Positions 10,111 to 19,742 of a DNA stretch of 60,155 nucleotides are shown piece by piece. Position 1 is the stretch's first letter; the number at the start of each line of letters is the position of its first letter. A program made the translations under genes and the position numbers. Source of the stretch: Candidatus Hodarchaeota archaeon (GTDB taxonomy: Archaea > Asgardarchaeota > Heimdallarchaeia > Hodarchaeales > Hodarchaeaceae); the NCBI GenBank assembly GCA_016840035.1, contig JAEOTC010000182.1, forward strand, positions 1 through 60,155, in the 5' to 3' direction. The notes beneath the pieces were generated by a model, which did not search any database, was not told the DNA's origin, and saw nothing but the letters and a program-made list of their open reading frames with translations.

Positions 10111-11052
10111 ATGATGCGTTATACAACTTTGGGGAATAGTGATACAAGCATATCACAGATAGGCCTAGGTACTTGGCAATTTGGATCAAAAGGATGGGGA
10201 TTCGGTACTGATTTTCACAAAAAAGACGCAATAGCCATTGTCAATAAAGCACTTGAGCTAGGTGTGAATCTCATCGATACAGCAGAAGTATATGGATCAG
10301 GTGAGTCGGAAAGAATTGTAGGTCAAGCTTTGAAAGAGCATAAGAGGGAAGATGTTGTTGTGGTCTCCAAGTTCTTACCTACAGCTATACGTCCCTCAGC
10401 TGTAAATCGAGCTTTATCTAGGAGCTTAGAGCGCCTTCAAACAGACTATATAGATGTTTATCTGATTCACTGGCCAAATCCTTTACTTCCGTTAGGGGCT
10501 ACATTAAGTCATATGGAGCGAATGGTAGAAGAGGGACTGATTCGTCATATAGGGATCAGTAATTTTGGATTGAAACGCTTCCAGAATGCCCAATCAAAAA
10601 TGGAAAAATTCCGTATTGATGTTGATCAGCTCAATTATTCAATGGCCAGACCCAAAGTGAAAGAAGAATTCTTACCATTTGCTGAAAAGCATGAAATCAC
10701 GGTGATGGCTTATTCACCCTTAGGACAAGGTTTTCTCACTGGTAAATACTCACCCAATAAGACTCCATCAGGAACCCGCCGTACAAATCGATTATTTAGA
10801 AGAAAAAACTTGCAAAGAGGGACTCCTTTGCTTAATGAATTAGGAGAAATCGCACATACTCATAATACGACTATGGCTCAAGTTGCGCTCAGTTGGTTGA
10901 TTCAGAATAAACAAGTTGTTGCAATTCCTGGAGCAAAAAGTATAGAGCAAATTGAAACCAATGTTAAGGCTACTGAGATTAATCTTACTGATTTGGATAT
11001 TAAAAGACTGAATACTCAAGTTAAAGCGTTTAATCCTAAATTATTCCTTTGA
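10111..11052 (+). CDS. Aldo/keto reductase
   Basis: IGLGTW, DTAEVYG, SKF, YLIHWP, IGISNF, AYSPLGQG and IPGAK motifs. Confidence 0.95.
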   Translation: MMRYTTLGNSDTSISQIGLGTWQFGSKGWGFGTDFHKKDAIAIVNKALELGVNLIDTAEVYGSGESERIVGQALKEHKREDVVVVSKFLPTAIRPSAVNRALSRSLERLQTDYIDVYLIHWPNPLLPLGATLSHMERMVEEGLIRHIGISNFGLKRFQNAQSKMEKFRIDVDQLNYSMARPKVKEEFLPFAEKHEITVMAYSPLGQGFLTGKYSPNKTPSGTRRTNRLFRRKNLQRGTPLLNELGEIAHTHNTTMAQVALSWLIQNKQVVAIPGAKSIEQIETNVKATEINLTDLDIKRLNTQVKAFNPKLFL

Positions 11053-11205
11053 AATCCTACTTTTTCTTTTTTTATGGTATTTACAATCCTTTTTAATTTT
11101 TTATAGTCAATTTTCCTTTTTTCCATTTTTGAAAAATTCAAATTCATGCATAATATGAGATAATCTTAAAAATGTAAACTTATTTCTCTCAATTAAAGTA
11201 GAAAT

Positions 11206-11228
11206 AATTTTTCAATATTTGAAAAATT
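11206..11228. promoter_or_regulatory. Perfect inverted repeat, candidate PadR operator
   Basis: AATTTTTCAA-TAT-TTGAAAAATT lies just upstream of the BtrH-PadR-GyrI operon. A copy of the right arm (TTGAAAAATT) recurs at 11129-11138. Confidence 0.5.
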
Positions 11229-11243
11229 TTCTTATTCTTTCTG

Positions 11244-12329
11244 GTGAATGATATGAGTGAAATACACGAAAAGGATAATCTCAAAGGAATTATAAAGGGT
11301 TTCAGACATGAAGTAGGCGTACATTGCACTTCCTCTGCGGTACGTAATGTTTTTGAATTTCATGGGTGGAAAATGAGTGAAGCGATGGTTTTTGGATTGG
11401 GTAGTGGAATGACACTTGCATATATAAAATTCCCTCGAATGACACCATTTTTCGGAGGTCGAAACAAGGATTTTATTCCAGATCTATGTAAATCCTTGAA
11501 CATAAATCTAAATGAATTTACAACAAAAAACGAACAAGAGGGATGGAATCGACTGAAACAGCGTTTGAATAATAATATTCCTTCAGCTATCAATATCGAT
11601 ATGGGTTATTTAATGTACCAAACCGATTTGGCAGATGATTATCATTTTGGTGGGCATACCATAGCCGTTTGTGGTTTAAATCCTGAAAATAATTCAGTTT
11701 ATGTTACAGATACTCATTTTCCTAATATTCTACAAGTTTCTTACAACGAACTTGCAAAAGGAAGAAATTCTACATTTGATAAATTTATGGCACCAAATAA
11801 TTTAATATTCGAGTTTACATTTCCTAGTACATTACCTGAACTTTCTACAATAATTGAAGAAATTTTACATAGAACTGGTAATTATCTGTTATCCAAAAGT
11901 GGTCGAATGCTCCGACTTATGGGTATTCATACTGGTGTGGCTGGAATAAATACTTTAACTAAAGATCTCGCCAAATGGGTCAAATTATCAGATGAGAAGT
12001 TAAAATTTCGCTGTGAACAGCAAGGAGGATTTATTGGTACGAAAACAGTTAATTATGGAACAGGTGGAGGGTTATTTCGGTATCTTTTTACTGAATTTCT
12101 TCAGGAATGTTCGAATGAATTAGAAAATGAAGAATTGAAGACCTTATCATCTTTTTATCAAAGTTTGGGAGAAAAATGGGAAATCTGTGCCGACCTTTTC
12201 TTCGAGTTAGGAACAAACCATACTAACGAGGAACAGGCAAGAATAATACGTACCACCCAAACGAAGTTGCAAGAAATTAGGGAATTAGAGGAAGAAGGAG
12301 CAAGGAAGTTATTAAATTTCAAAATTTAG
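11244..12329 (+). CDS. BtrH N-terminal/DUF4872-like protein (papain/C39-like fold)
   Basis: HCTSSA (Cys), MSEAMVFGLGSG, HFGGH (His), YVTD (Asp) and GTGGGLFRYLF match the BtrH_N + DUF4872 architecture. Confidence 0.78.
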   Translation: MNDMSEIHEKDNLKGIIKGFRHEVGVHCTSSAVRNVFEFHGWKMSEAMVFGLGSGMTLAYIKFPRMTPFFGGRNKDFIPDLCKSLNINLNEFTTKNEQEGWNRLKQRLNNNIPSAINIDMGYLMYQTDLADDYHFGGHTIAVCGLNPENNSVYVTDTHFPNILQVSYNELAKGRNSTFDKFMAPNNLIFEFTFPSTLPELSTIIEEILHRTGNYLLSKSGRMLRLMGIHTGVAGINTLTKDLAKWVKLSDEKLKFRCEQQGGFIGTKTVNYGTGGGLFRYLFTEFLQECSNELENEELKTLSSFYQSLGEKWEICADLFFELGTNHTNEEQARIIRTTQTKLQEIRELEEEGARKLLNFKI

Positions 12330-12334
12330 GGAGA

Positions 12335-12949
12335 TTGATTGAAACGTTATCTGATAAACAATTCCTGATTTTAGGGATGGTTGCTCATCCACCGTTCGAT
12401 AAAACAGGTATTAGTGGTACAGAATTAAACAGACTAATCGAGAAAAGGAATATTAAACAATGGACTCGACTTTCATTCGCATCGGTATATTATACTCTTA
12501 ATCAATTAGGGAAAAAGAAGTTTATAAAAGCCAAGAAGGTCGAAGGGTATTCAAACAAGCAAAGTGATGTAGGAGCACCCCAAAAATACTTCATAATTAC
12601 ACCTCGAGGTAGGAGTCTTTTGAAAAAGACGGTACTATATTATTTTCAAAATCTGGATTTGAACTATGAAGAAATGAATTTAGCACTGGCTTCAGCATAT
12701 GTTTTAAGTAAGAAAGAGTTGCTAAAAATCATTAGAATCCATAATAAACAAATTAAAAAACGTGTGAAGATTGTTCATGGTCGATTCGAGGAAGATAGTG
12801 AAGATTTAAAGGGAGAGGAGTTCCCAATCCATGTTTGGGCACTATTTAACTACGCTTTTTATTCTCTAAACTCAAGAAGCAAATTTTTGGATGAATTAAT
12901 AGGTAAACTAGAACAAGAAATCAAAAGTGAAATGGAAATGAAGAGGTGA
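12335..12949 (+). CDS. PadR-family transcriptional regulator
   Basis: LILGM...SFASVYYTLNQL.KKKFI...KYFIITPRGR winged HTH with a helical C-terminal domain. TTG start preceded by GGGAG. Confidence 0.85.
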   Translation: MIETLSDKQFLILGMVAHPPFDKTGISGTELNRLIEKRNIKQWTRLSFASVYYTLNQLGKKKFIKAKKVEGYSNKQSDVGAPQKYFIITPRGRSLLKKTVLYYFQNLDLNYEEMNLALASAYVLSKKELLKIIRIHNKQIKKRVKIVHGRFEEDSEDLKGEEFPIHVWALFNYAFYSLNSRSKFLDELIGKLEQEIKSEMEMKR

Positions 12950-13581
12950 AAAAGATAGCAGGTAAGAAAATTGACTTAAAAAAACAGTTTCCGATGTTGT
13001 ACAATCCTTCAAGAGACCCTCATATAATTGAAATCCCAGATATGTGGTTTTTCATGGTAGATGGTACAGGATACCCAGGAGATAATCCTCTATACCAAGA
13101 AGCAATGCAATTATTATATGGGGTCTCCTATACTTTGAAGATGAGTGTTATGAAACCAGCTGGAAATGATTACGTTGTTCTTCCTATCGAAGGGCTTTGG
13201 TGGGCTGATGATATGAACGTTTTTACCGAAGAATTTATAGAGAGAAAAGATGAATGGAAGTGGACTTCGATGATTCGAATTCCTGATTTCGTGACAAAAG
13301 AACAAATTGAACACGCATTAATTCTCTTTGAAGAGAAAAAAAATCCTGGAAACTTTCATAAAATTCGTTATGAATTATATCGCGAAGGAACTGTGGTTCA
13401 GGTTTTACATCTTGGCCCCTTCAGTGAAGAAGGGCCAATTATAGCTAATATGCATCAATTCGCTCTAGACAGCGGGTATGTTTTACATAATAAGCATCAT
13501 GAAATATATCTTAGTGATCCACGACGGACCAAACCTGAAAAATTACGTACTATTATCCGACAACCAATTAAGAAGAAATGA
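12946..13581 (+). CDS. GyrI-like small-molecule binding protein
   Basis: FFMVDGTGYP, LPIEGLWW, LHLGPF.EE and HHEIYLSDPRR...RTIIRQP motifs; 4-bp overlap with the PadR gene. Confidence 0.88.
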   Translation: MKKIAGKKIDLKKQFPMLYNPSRDPHIIEIPDMWFFMVDGTGYPGDNPLYQEAMQLLYGVSYTLKMSVMKPAGNDYVVLPIEGLWWADDMNVFTEEFIERKDEWKWTSMIRIPDFVTKEQIEHALILFEEKKNPGNFHKIRYELYREGTVVQVLHLGPFSEEGPIIANMHQFALDSGYVLHNKHHEIYLSDPRRTKPEKLRTIIRQPIKKK

Positions 13582-13682
13582 TTAGGTACTCTAGGCCCTG
13601 ATAGAAAAATATTAAATGGGTGGCTAATTAATTAAGATAGGGAACCTATTTCCCCCAAATATAATGAGGTTGAGTAACGGAA

Positions 13683-13949
13683 TTGACTGAGAAAGTCGAA
13701 AAAAATATTTGTCAAAGCTGTGGTCTTTCCAACAAACTTGATGAAAGAGGCACTAAAGCAGATGGAACATTGAGTGACGATTACTGTGATGGATGTATCA
13801 AAGATGGGGAATTCATTGAACCTGAAATAACCCTTAAGGAAATGATTGAAAAATCAGTTCCTTCTACTGCAAAATCACGAAATATGACGATGGAAGAAGC
13901 AAAATATTATCTTGAAACTCTTCTACCGACTCTCAGACGTTGGCGTTAG
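13683..13949 (+). CDS. Putative zinc-ribbon protein (Zn_ribbon_2 type)
   Basis: CQSCG...GTKADGT.SDDYCDGC.KDGEF...LPTLRRW. Confidence 0.85.
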   Translation: MTEKVEKNICQSCGLSNKLDERGTKADGTLSDDYCDGCIKDGEFIEPEITLKEMIEKSVPSTAKSRNMTMEEAKYYLETLLPTLRRWR

Positions 13950-14001
13950 CAAATTTGCTCATTCTTTATTATAAGATACGTATTCTTGGAGGTCTTAAAT
14001 C

Positions 14002-14979
14002 TTGATTGAAGTAAAAAATCTTGAAACTGGTCTGACATTTACAGACTATGTGCAGGGTATCTTGCCAAACATATCAACTTGGATGATCTGTACAAAACCC
14101 TCTATGGAGGAATTAAAAGCAATTCAAAATACCTACAAAATTCCTTGGGAAGACCTAGAGGACTCTTTGGATGTCGATGAGCGACCTAGACTAGAATTGG
14201 AACCTGGAAACGATCCTCCTTTTATTAAGTTAGTGTTAAGAGTTCCTTCTGGAGAACAATTCAAGAAAAGTGATTTGTTTCAATCTCGTCAGACCACACT
14301 TCCTGCAACAATCTTCATATCAGGAAATCATTTGATTACAATCCAACATCAAGTCATAGAAGCGAAACGAGTGAGAAAACCAATTGGTTCGAGACGTAAG
14401 AGATCTAAACCTACTATTCTTGTTCTCCTAGATTGGCTTGAAAGCGTTGTTAAATCATATGAGTTAAGTGTTGATATCATAGATCAAGAGTTAGCATCAT
14501 TAGAGCAGGTTATATTTAAATCTGTAAAATCTAAATCAATTGAACAGGTTTTTACTCTTTCTAGAGAAGCAACATATTTAGATGCTGCACTTAGAGGTAA
14601 TGTACGAGCATTTTATCAGCTTCAAAAGGCCCCCGAATTCAAAGAACTACCTGAACTCCTAGATGACTTAGAAGATTTATCGATAGATCTACAACAACAA
14701 GCTGATCTTCTACGAATTTATCGTGATCTAATCGAAAGTAGCCTAGACGCTTACGCATCCGTAATTTCAAACAATCAGAATGACTTGATCAAGGTTCTTA
14801 CATCAATTTCCTTAATTGTTATGGTTCCTACATTACTTGCGAGTCTTTATGGGATGAATGTTGATCTACCATTGGTAAGGGGTGATAGTGATCCTTACGC
14901 TTTTTGGATAGTGATTTTTCTTAGTATTGTTCTTATTGTACCGATTTGGTACATCTTACATAAGATTGAGCTCATTTAG
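14002..14979 (+). CDS. corA: CorA-family Mg2+/Co2+ transporter
   Basis: LDVDERPR, ISNNQN, PTLLASLYGMNV (GMN motif) and two C-terminal TM helices. Confidence 0.92.
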   Translation: MIEVKNLETGLTFTDYVQGILPNISTWMICTKPSMEELKAIQNTYKIPWEDLEDSLDVDERPRLELEPGNDPPFIKLVLRVPSGEQFKKSDLFQSRQTTLPATIFISGNHLITIQHQVIEAKRVRKPIGSRRKRSKPTILVLLDWLESVVKSYELSVDIIDQELASLEQVIFKSVKSKSIEQVFTLSREATYLDAALRGNVRAFYQLQKAPEFKELPELLDDLEDLSIDLQQQADLLRIYRDLIESSLDAYASVISNNQNDLIKVLTSISLIVMVPTLLASLYGMNVDLPLVRGDSDPYAFWIVIFLSIVLIVPIWYILHKIELI

Positions 14980-15002
14980 AAGATTAAAGAGTCGCAAATC
15001 GT

Positions 15003-17105
15003 ATGAAACCCCTTTCTCAAGATCATAAAGACTTGGGAGTTGTATACACACCTGATATACTTGTTCAATATATTTGTAGAACTGCTATCCATGAATATAT
15101 TATCGAATATATGATTAGAAAGAATAATATCAAGCTTATTGTACAAAATGGCCAGTTGAAGCTGGAAAATCTCTCAAAGGAGATACAAACAACTATTTTA
15201 AATTTGATTGAACAGCTGACTATACTTGATCCCGCAGTTGGGACAGGATACTTTCTTCAATCGGCTTTTGAAATTTTGTTTGAAATACACCAGAATTTAG
15301 TCAATTTGGGAATACAACAGAAATCGTTTGATCAAATAAGAGAAGAAATTGTGTCAAAAAATCTTTATGGTGTGGATATCTCGAAGAGAGCTGTTAAATT
15401 ATGTCAGGAGAGATTATTTGCCGTTATTGGCATAAAGGAGTTGAGAATACCTGAAAAAAATCTCGAAACTATGCTTAAACACCATATAAGAGTGGGAAAT
15501 TCATTAATTGGAAATACTTTCAGCAGAGAAAATAAGGTTTCAATAACTGATTTACCCTATTTTAACTGGGATCAGGAGTTCCCAGATATAGCCCAGAATG
15601 GGGGTTTTTCAATCTGTGTGGGAAATCCTCCTTGGAATGTTTTAAAACCATTAGAAAAGGAGTTCTTCTCAAAATTTGATCCTCAATTGTCTAAATATAA
15701 ACTAGATAAACAGAAAGCCAGAAAAATCATCAATCAGCTGAAAAAAGATCAAACTAAATTTGATGAATGGGGTATTTATGAAACAACCATAAAAAAGCAG
15801 TCTGATTATTATCGAAAGACCTATCACTATCAATCAGGAATAATTCAGACTGGGAGTAAGTCGAAAAGGATTAGTGGAGACATTAATCTATATAAATTGT
15901 TTCTGGAAAGGATTTTTGTTTTATTAGCAGACAATGGTGCTTGTGGGATTATCGTTCCATCGGGAATTCATAGCGATGCCGGTACAAAGGGATTACGAAG
16001 ATTATTATTTGAAGAAAACACGGTTAGAAGATTGTATTCATTTGAAAATCGATTAGGTATCTTTCCGTTCATTCATAAATCTTTTAAATTTGATCTCTTG
16101 TTTTTTTTAAAAAATCGCAATAAAACTGATGAGTTCCAAACATCCTTTATGCAAAAAACTCCTGAGATCTTGAATGATAAGCAACATGGTTCTCTTACTA
16201 TTTCTTGGGAGAGGATAAAACGTTTTTCACCAAGTGCTTGGTCCATTATTGAGTTCAAAAATGAATACGATCTACAGATAGCTGGAAAAATGTACCAATA
16301 TCCAGTACTTTCGGAGGAAGTCCCGAATTTCACGAAGATTTCTTTTTCACGGGAGCTAGATGTTACTATTGATAGTCACTTGTTCAATTCAGGGGGGAAC
16401 GGTTTTCCTGTATTTGAAGGAAAAATGATTGAACAATTTAACCACCAATTCAAAAAACCTAGATACTGGATTGATCAAAACAGTATAAATTTCAAGTTCG
16501 ATACTGAGTACTCAGAGTATAAGCATGTAAGAATCGGATTCCGAGCAGTAGCTGCGAGTACAAATAGGCGAACGATGATAGCAACGTTAATACCTGTAAA
16601 TAGTTGCTGTAGTAATTCAATCATTTTTGTGAAAAACTATAGTAAATCTAATCAACTCCAAATGAGGCAAGAAGAACTTCTTTATATATTAGGGGTTTTT
16701 AATAGCTTTGTGTTCGATTATCTCCTTCGTCTCAAAGTCTCTCAGAATTTGAACATGTTTATCATCCGTGATATGCCACTTCCAAGATTTATGGAAAGAA
16801 AATGGGAACAAGAAATTATAAATCTAGTAAAAGTATTATACGCAAATATTCCACTTTTCGACATAAAAGTTGGCCAGAATGAGCAGAAATATCTCCATTA
16901 TTCATATAACGAGAAATTGGCGTTGATAGATGCACTGGTAGCTCATAGTTATCGTTTGAGTTACTCAGAATTAGAATATATATTAGATCAGTTCCATATT
17001 CATGATAAACAAAAAGAAATGGCACTAGACGAGCAAAGAAAGAAAATACTTTCCTTTTTCAATAAAGTTGAAGAACCAAATATTTCCAAGAAACTCCAAT
17101 TTTAA
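15003..17105 (+). CDS. Eco57I/type IIG-like N6-adenine DNA methyltransferase with TRD, no endonuclease domain
   Basis: GVVYTP (motif X) at the very N-terminus, ILDPAVGTGYFL (motif I), LYGVDI, VGNPPW (motif IV), and a C-terminal TRD-like region (EGKMI.QF, LGVFNSFVFD). Confidence 0.85.
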   Translation: MKPLSQDHKDLGVVYTPDILVQYICRTAIHEYIIEYMIRKNNIKLIVQNGQLKLENLSKEIQTTILNLIEQLTILDPAVGTGYFLQSAFEILFEIHQNLVNLGIQQKSFDQIREEIVSKNLYGVDISKRAVKLCQERLFAVIGIKELRIPEKNLETMLKHHIRVGNSLIGNTFSRENKVSITDLPYFNWDQEFPDIAQNGGFSICVGNPPWNVLKPLEKEFFSKFDPQLSKYKLDKQKARKIINQLKKDQTKFDEWGIYETTIKKQSDYYRKTYHYQSGIIQTGSKSKRISGDINLYKLFLERIFVLLADNGACGIIVPSGIHSDAGTKGLRRLLFEENTVRRLYSFENRLGIFPFIHKSFKFDLLFFLKNRNKTDEFQTSFMQKTPEILNDKQHGSLTISWERIKRFSPSAWSIIEFKNEYDLQIAGKMYQYPVLSEEVPNFTKISFSRELDVTIDSHLFNSGGNGFPVFEGKMIEQFNHQFKKPRYWIDQNSINFKFDTEYSEYKHVRIGFRAVAASTNRRTMIATLIPVNSCCSNSIIFVKNYSKSNQLQMRQEELLYILGVFNSFVFDYLLRLKVSQNLNMFIIRDMPLPRFMERKWEQEIINLVKVLYANIPLFDIKVGQNEQKYLHYSYNEKLALIDALVAHSYRLSYSELEYILDQFHIHDKQKEMALDEQRKKILSFFNKVEEPNISKKLQF

Positions 17106-17251
17106 CAATGGTATCCCTACAGCATTCTGGAGAGTTAACATTTTTCGTAATCATCGAATAATTATTGGAAGTAGAAATTTGACAGAAACCTTTTGAATTA
17201 ACTTCTAAAAAAAGGTTATACTTGTTTCAAAATACCTAAGGATATGAGAAA

Positions 17252-18073
17252 ATGGGTTACATAACACTAATGCCAGATAATCCCTTACTATGGAACTTTT
17301 TTTTCGGAGTTATTGTTGCTTTGATATATGTACAAGGGATTATACTTCTAATGGAAAGAATGGTCAATAGTGGACGTCTTTCCTCTGATCTGAGTAGAAA
17401 AGTCATTCATATTGCAGCAGGATCATTTATCTGGATCTGGTTGTTCATTGATACCTCTGATGGAATTACTTACCTCTTTAACATTGCTGTACCGTTGCTT
17501 TTCTTTTTTACATTCTTGTATAAGGGATATCGCGGTTCCCCTGATGATAAAGATGTGAAAACAATGTCCAGGACTGGGGATCCTCGCGAACTTCTGAAAG
17601 GGACGCTGTATTTTACAATCATAATGATGATTGCAGGAACAATATTTTTTGGGTCCTATGCTGGAATGTTAATAATGGCAGTATTGGGTTGGGGCGATGG
17701 AATCGCTCCGTATATTGGAAAGCGGTATGGAAAGCGGAAATATAAGACTGTTGGAAGAGAAAAATCAATTGAAGGATCTTTGGGATTCTTTTTATTCGCA
17801 CTAATAGGTTCATTGATCTTTTGGATATTATTAGGAGTACTAGGAGCAGTTGATCCACCAGTGCTCGCAGATCCTGGGGTTGAATTGGTCGAAATTCTAA
17901 TTGTCATTATTCTTTGCTGTTTTGTAGCAATGCTTGTTGAAGTATTTTCACCTGCGGATTTAGATAATATCTTAGTACCTGCATCGACACTGATTACCCT
18001 ATTAGTTGTGGATTTTGTACTCTTTCCGGGAGCAACATTTGTTACATTTAGGATTCTTGGAACAGTTCTGTAG
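17252..18073 (+). CDS. CTP-dependent polyprenol kinase (phytol/farnesol/dolichol kinase family)
   Basis: SRKVIHI, MSRTGDPRELLKG, WGDGIAPYIGKRYG, KSIEGS and DNILVP motifs in a multi-TM protein. Confidence 0.85.
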   Translation: MGYITLMPDNPLLWNFFFGVIVALIYVQGIILLMERMVNSGRLSSDLSRKVIHIAAGSFIWIWLFIDTSDGITYLFNIAVPLLFFFTFLYKGYRGSPDDKDVKTMSRTGDPRELLKGTLYFTIIMMIAGTIFFGSYAGMLIMAVLGWGDGIAPYIGKRYGKRKYKTVGREKSIEGSLGFFLFALIGSLIFWILLGVLGAVDPPVLADPGVELVEILIVIILCCFVAMLVEVFSPADLDNILVPASTLITLLVVDFVLFPGATFVTFRILGTVL

Positions 18074-18104
18074 GGGCTATTCCCTACTTTATTTTCTTTT
18101 TTTT
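18070..18104 (+). terminator. Hairpin plus T-tract terminator candidate
   Basis: GTAGGG-GCTATT-CCCTAC overlaps the stop codon of the kinase gene and is followed by TTTATTTTCTTTTTTTT. Confidence 0.55.
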
Positions 18105-18109
18105 GTGGA

Positions 18110-18463
18110 TTAAATATCCTCAAGTATAGATAAAATCTTCGTAAAGCTTATTGGTTTTACCAGGAATGCTTCTACTCCAATTTCAATGGCGGCATCTTTG
18201 ATATTCAAATCTGCACTAATGAAAATTATTTTACAGGTAGGAAATTTTGTTAAAATAATTTTAGATGCTTCTAATCCGTTCATTTTAGGCATTCGATGAT
18301 CCATGAATATTACATCAGGAAGAGTTCCACAGTTTTCTAGAAACTCTATTGCTTCCACCCCATCGGAGGCTTTACCAACTATAGAATGGCCTTTGAGGCT
18401 AATAAATTCCTCAAAAAGGGTAACGATGTCTGGATCATCGTCGACAATTATAACTGATGCCAT
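18110..18463 (-). CDS. Single-domain response regulator (REC, CheY-like)
   Basis: IIVDDD, FMDHRMPKMNG (phospho-Asp), ISA and FLVKP. No output domain. Confidence 0.95.
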   Translation of the reverse strand: MASVIIVDDDPDIVTLFEEFISLKGHSIVGKASDGVEAIEFLENCGTLPDVIFMDHRMPKMNGLEASKIILTKFPTCKIIFISADLNIKDAAIEIGVEAFLVKPISFTKILSILEDI

Positions 18464-18502
18464 GGTAACTCCTCTATTATTTTTTCTTGCAAATTTTTTC
18501 TG

Positions 18503-19339
18503 CTATAAATCCTTAATTTCATTGATTAGCTTTGAAGCTTCATTGCTCTTTTTCAATATGAGATCAGACTTTTCTTGAGATTTTTGTTCCACAGAGAGCA
18601 TCTCTGTAGCACTACTAATAATTTGTAAAATATTTGCAATATCGTGGGTCAACGTGTCTTTTAGGAAGTTTTTCTGATATACTATCGCTGAATGTTCGAA
18701 ATGTATGATTAGAATTACAAATACCAGAGTCAGGACAGTACCCATTCCATAATTCAAAATTATGAGTAAAACATCAGTGGAGTCATACAGGCCATACAAT
18801 TCTCCAGTGAATATTGTAAAGGAAAGAATAAGAACCTGAAGGGTAACTACGACCCGTAAAAGGATAATCCATTTGTAAGAATTACCTACTTTCAACCTAA
18901 ATTCTTTTCCGACTAGTGTGTTAAGGATCATTACTACAAAGTATGACAGAAATAGAAATAATGCTGAAATTATACCCACTAACTTGTTTCCACCACTTAA
19001 ATGGAATAATATCGGAATAATTACCAGTAGGGTAATTATAATGCCCACGGATTTAGGTGGATAGGTTTTGAATATACCAGTTATACTAAAAACAATAAGG
19101 AACGCTCCTAGAGTGACAGACATTCCATTTAGAAGCATAAACAATTCAGATAAGAATTGATCACTCGTGAGATGGGCAAAAATTGGGAATAATCCCGCAA
19201 AAAACCAGCTAATCCATCCTGACATAAGGAACAAATAGCGATTGTTTCGCAAATCCAAATAAAGGTCAAGAGAAATTAGAAATCCAAAAGCTCTGATGAT
19301 TGAAAAGACTATTAATCCGAATATCACTAGATTATCCAT
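18503..19339 (-). CDS. 7TM membrane sensor with C-terminal HisKA/DHp-like helices, no ATPase (CA) domain
   Basis: Seven hydrophobic segments, then LTHDIANILQII (H-box) and a second helix. The stop is 40 bp before the REC gene. Confidence 0.7.
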   Translation of the reverse strand: MDNLVIFGLIVFSIIRAFGFLISLDLYLDLRNNRYLFLMSGWISWFFAGLFPIFAHLTSDQFLSELFMLLNGMSVTLGAFLIVFSITGIFKTYPPKSVGIIITLLVIIPILFHLSGGNKLVGIISALFLFLSYFVVMILNTLVGKEFRLKVGNSYKWIILLRVVVTLQVLILSFTIFTGELYGLYDSTDVLLIILNYGMGTVLTLVFVILIIHFEHSAIVYQKNFLKDTLTHDIANILQIISSATEMLSVEQKSQEKSDLILKKSNEASKLINEIKDL

Positions 19340-19479
19340 TGTGTCACAACTAAAGTACTTTTATTAGAGCTTCCTCAGCAGAATCTACCTTTTATTTGTT
19401 TATGAATTAGTTGTATAGAGATATTCTTGTTAGAAAGTTCCCCACACTCAAAGGAAAATGCTGCGAAAAGAGGATACAA

Positions 19480-19734
19480 TTAGGAATTATGCTTCTTCAT
19501 TAGGATAAACCAGTCACCTGTGGAAGAATCAATACTCATTTTGAGAATAGGTTGGTTCATGGTCTCCAAGGCTACTATTATCTCTTTTCGTGAAATTTCC
19601 TCTTCCTTCGTCCCAATGAATTTTACAATTTGATTGTTAGTTGTTTTTTTTACCGCTCTACGGGTTTTGATTAGTGGAACTGGACATTTGAATCCTGTAA
19701 TGTCGACTAAAAGATCTTCTTTCAATTCTGACAT
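19480..19734 (-). CDS. tusA: TusA/SirA-family sulfur carrier
   Basis: VDITGFKCPVPLIKTRRA (CPxP motif); third gene of the iscS-iscU operon. Confidence 0.85.
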   Translation of the reverse strand: MSELKEDLLVDITGFKCPVPLIKTRRAVKKTTNNQIVKFIGTKEEEISRKEIIVALETMNQPILKMSIDSSTGDWFILMKKHNS

Positions 19735-19742
19735 TTCTGCGT

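Noticed and set aside
6395-17105. A restriction-modification or BREX/DISARM island formed by the two methyltransferases
   Set aside because: They are 7.5 kb apart and separated by housekeeping genes, with no nuclease, helicase, PglZ or mobility genes.
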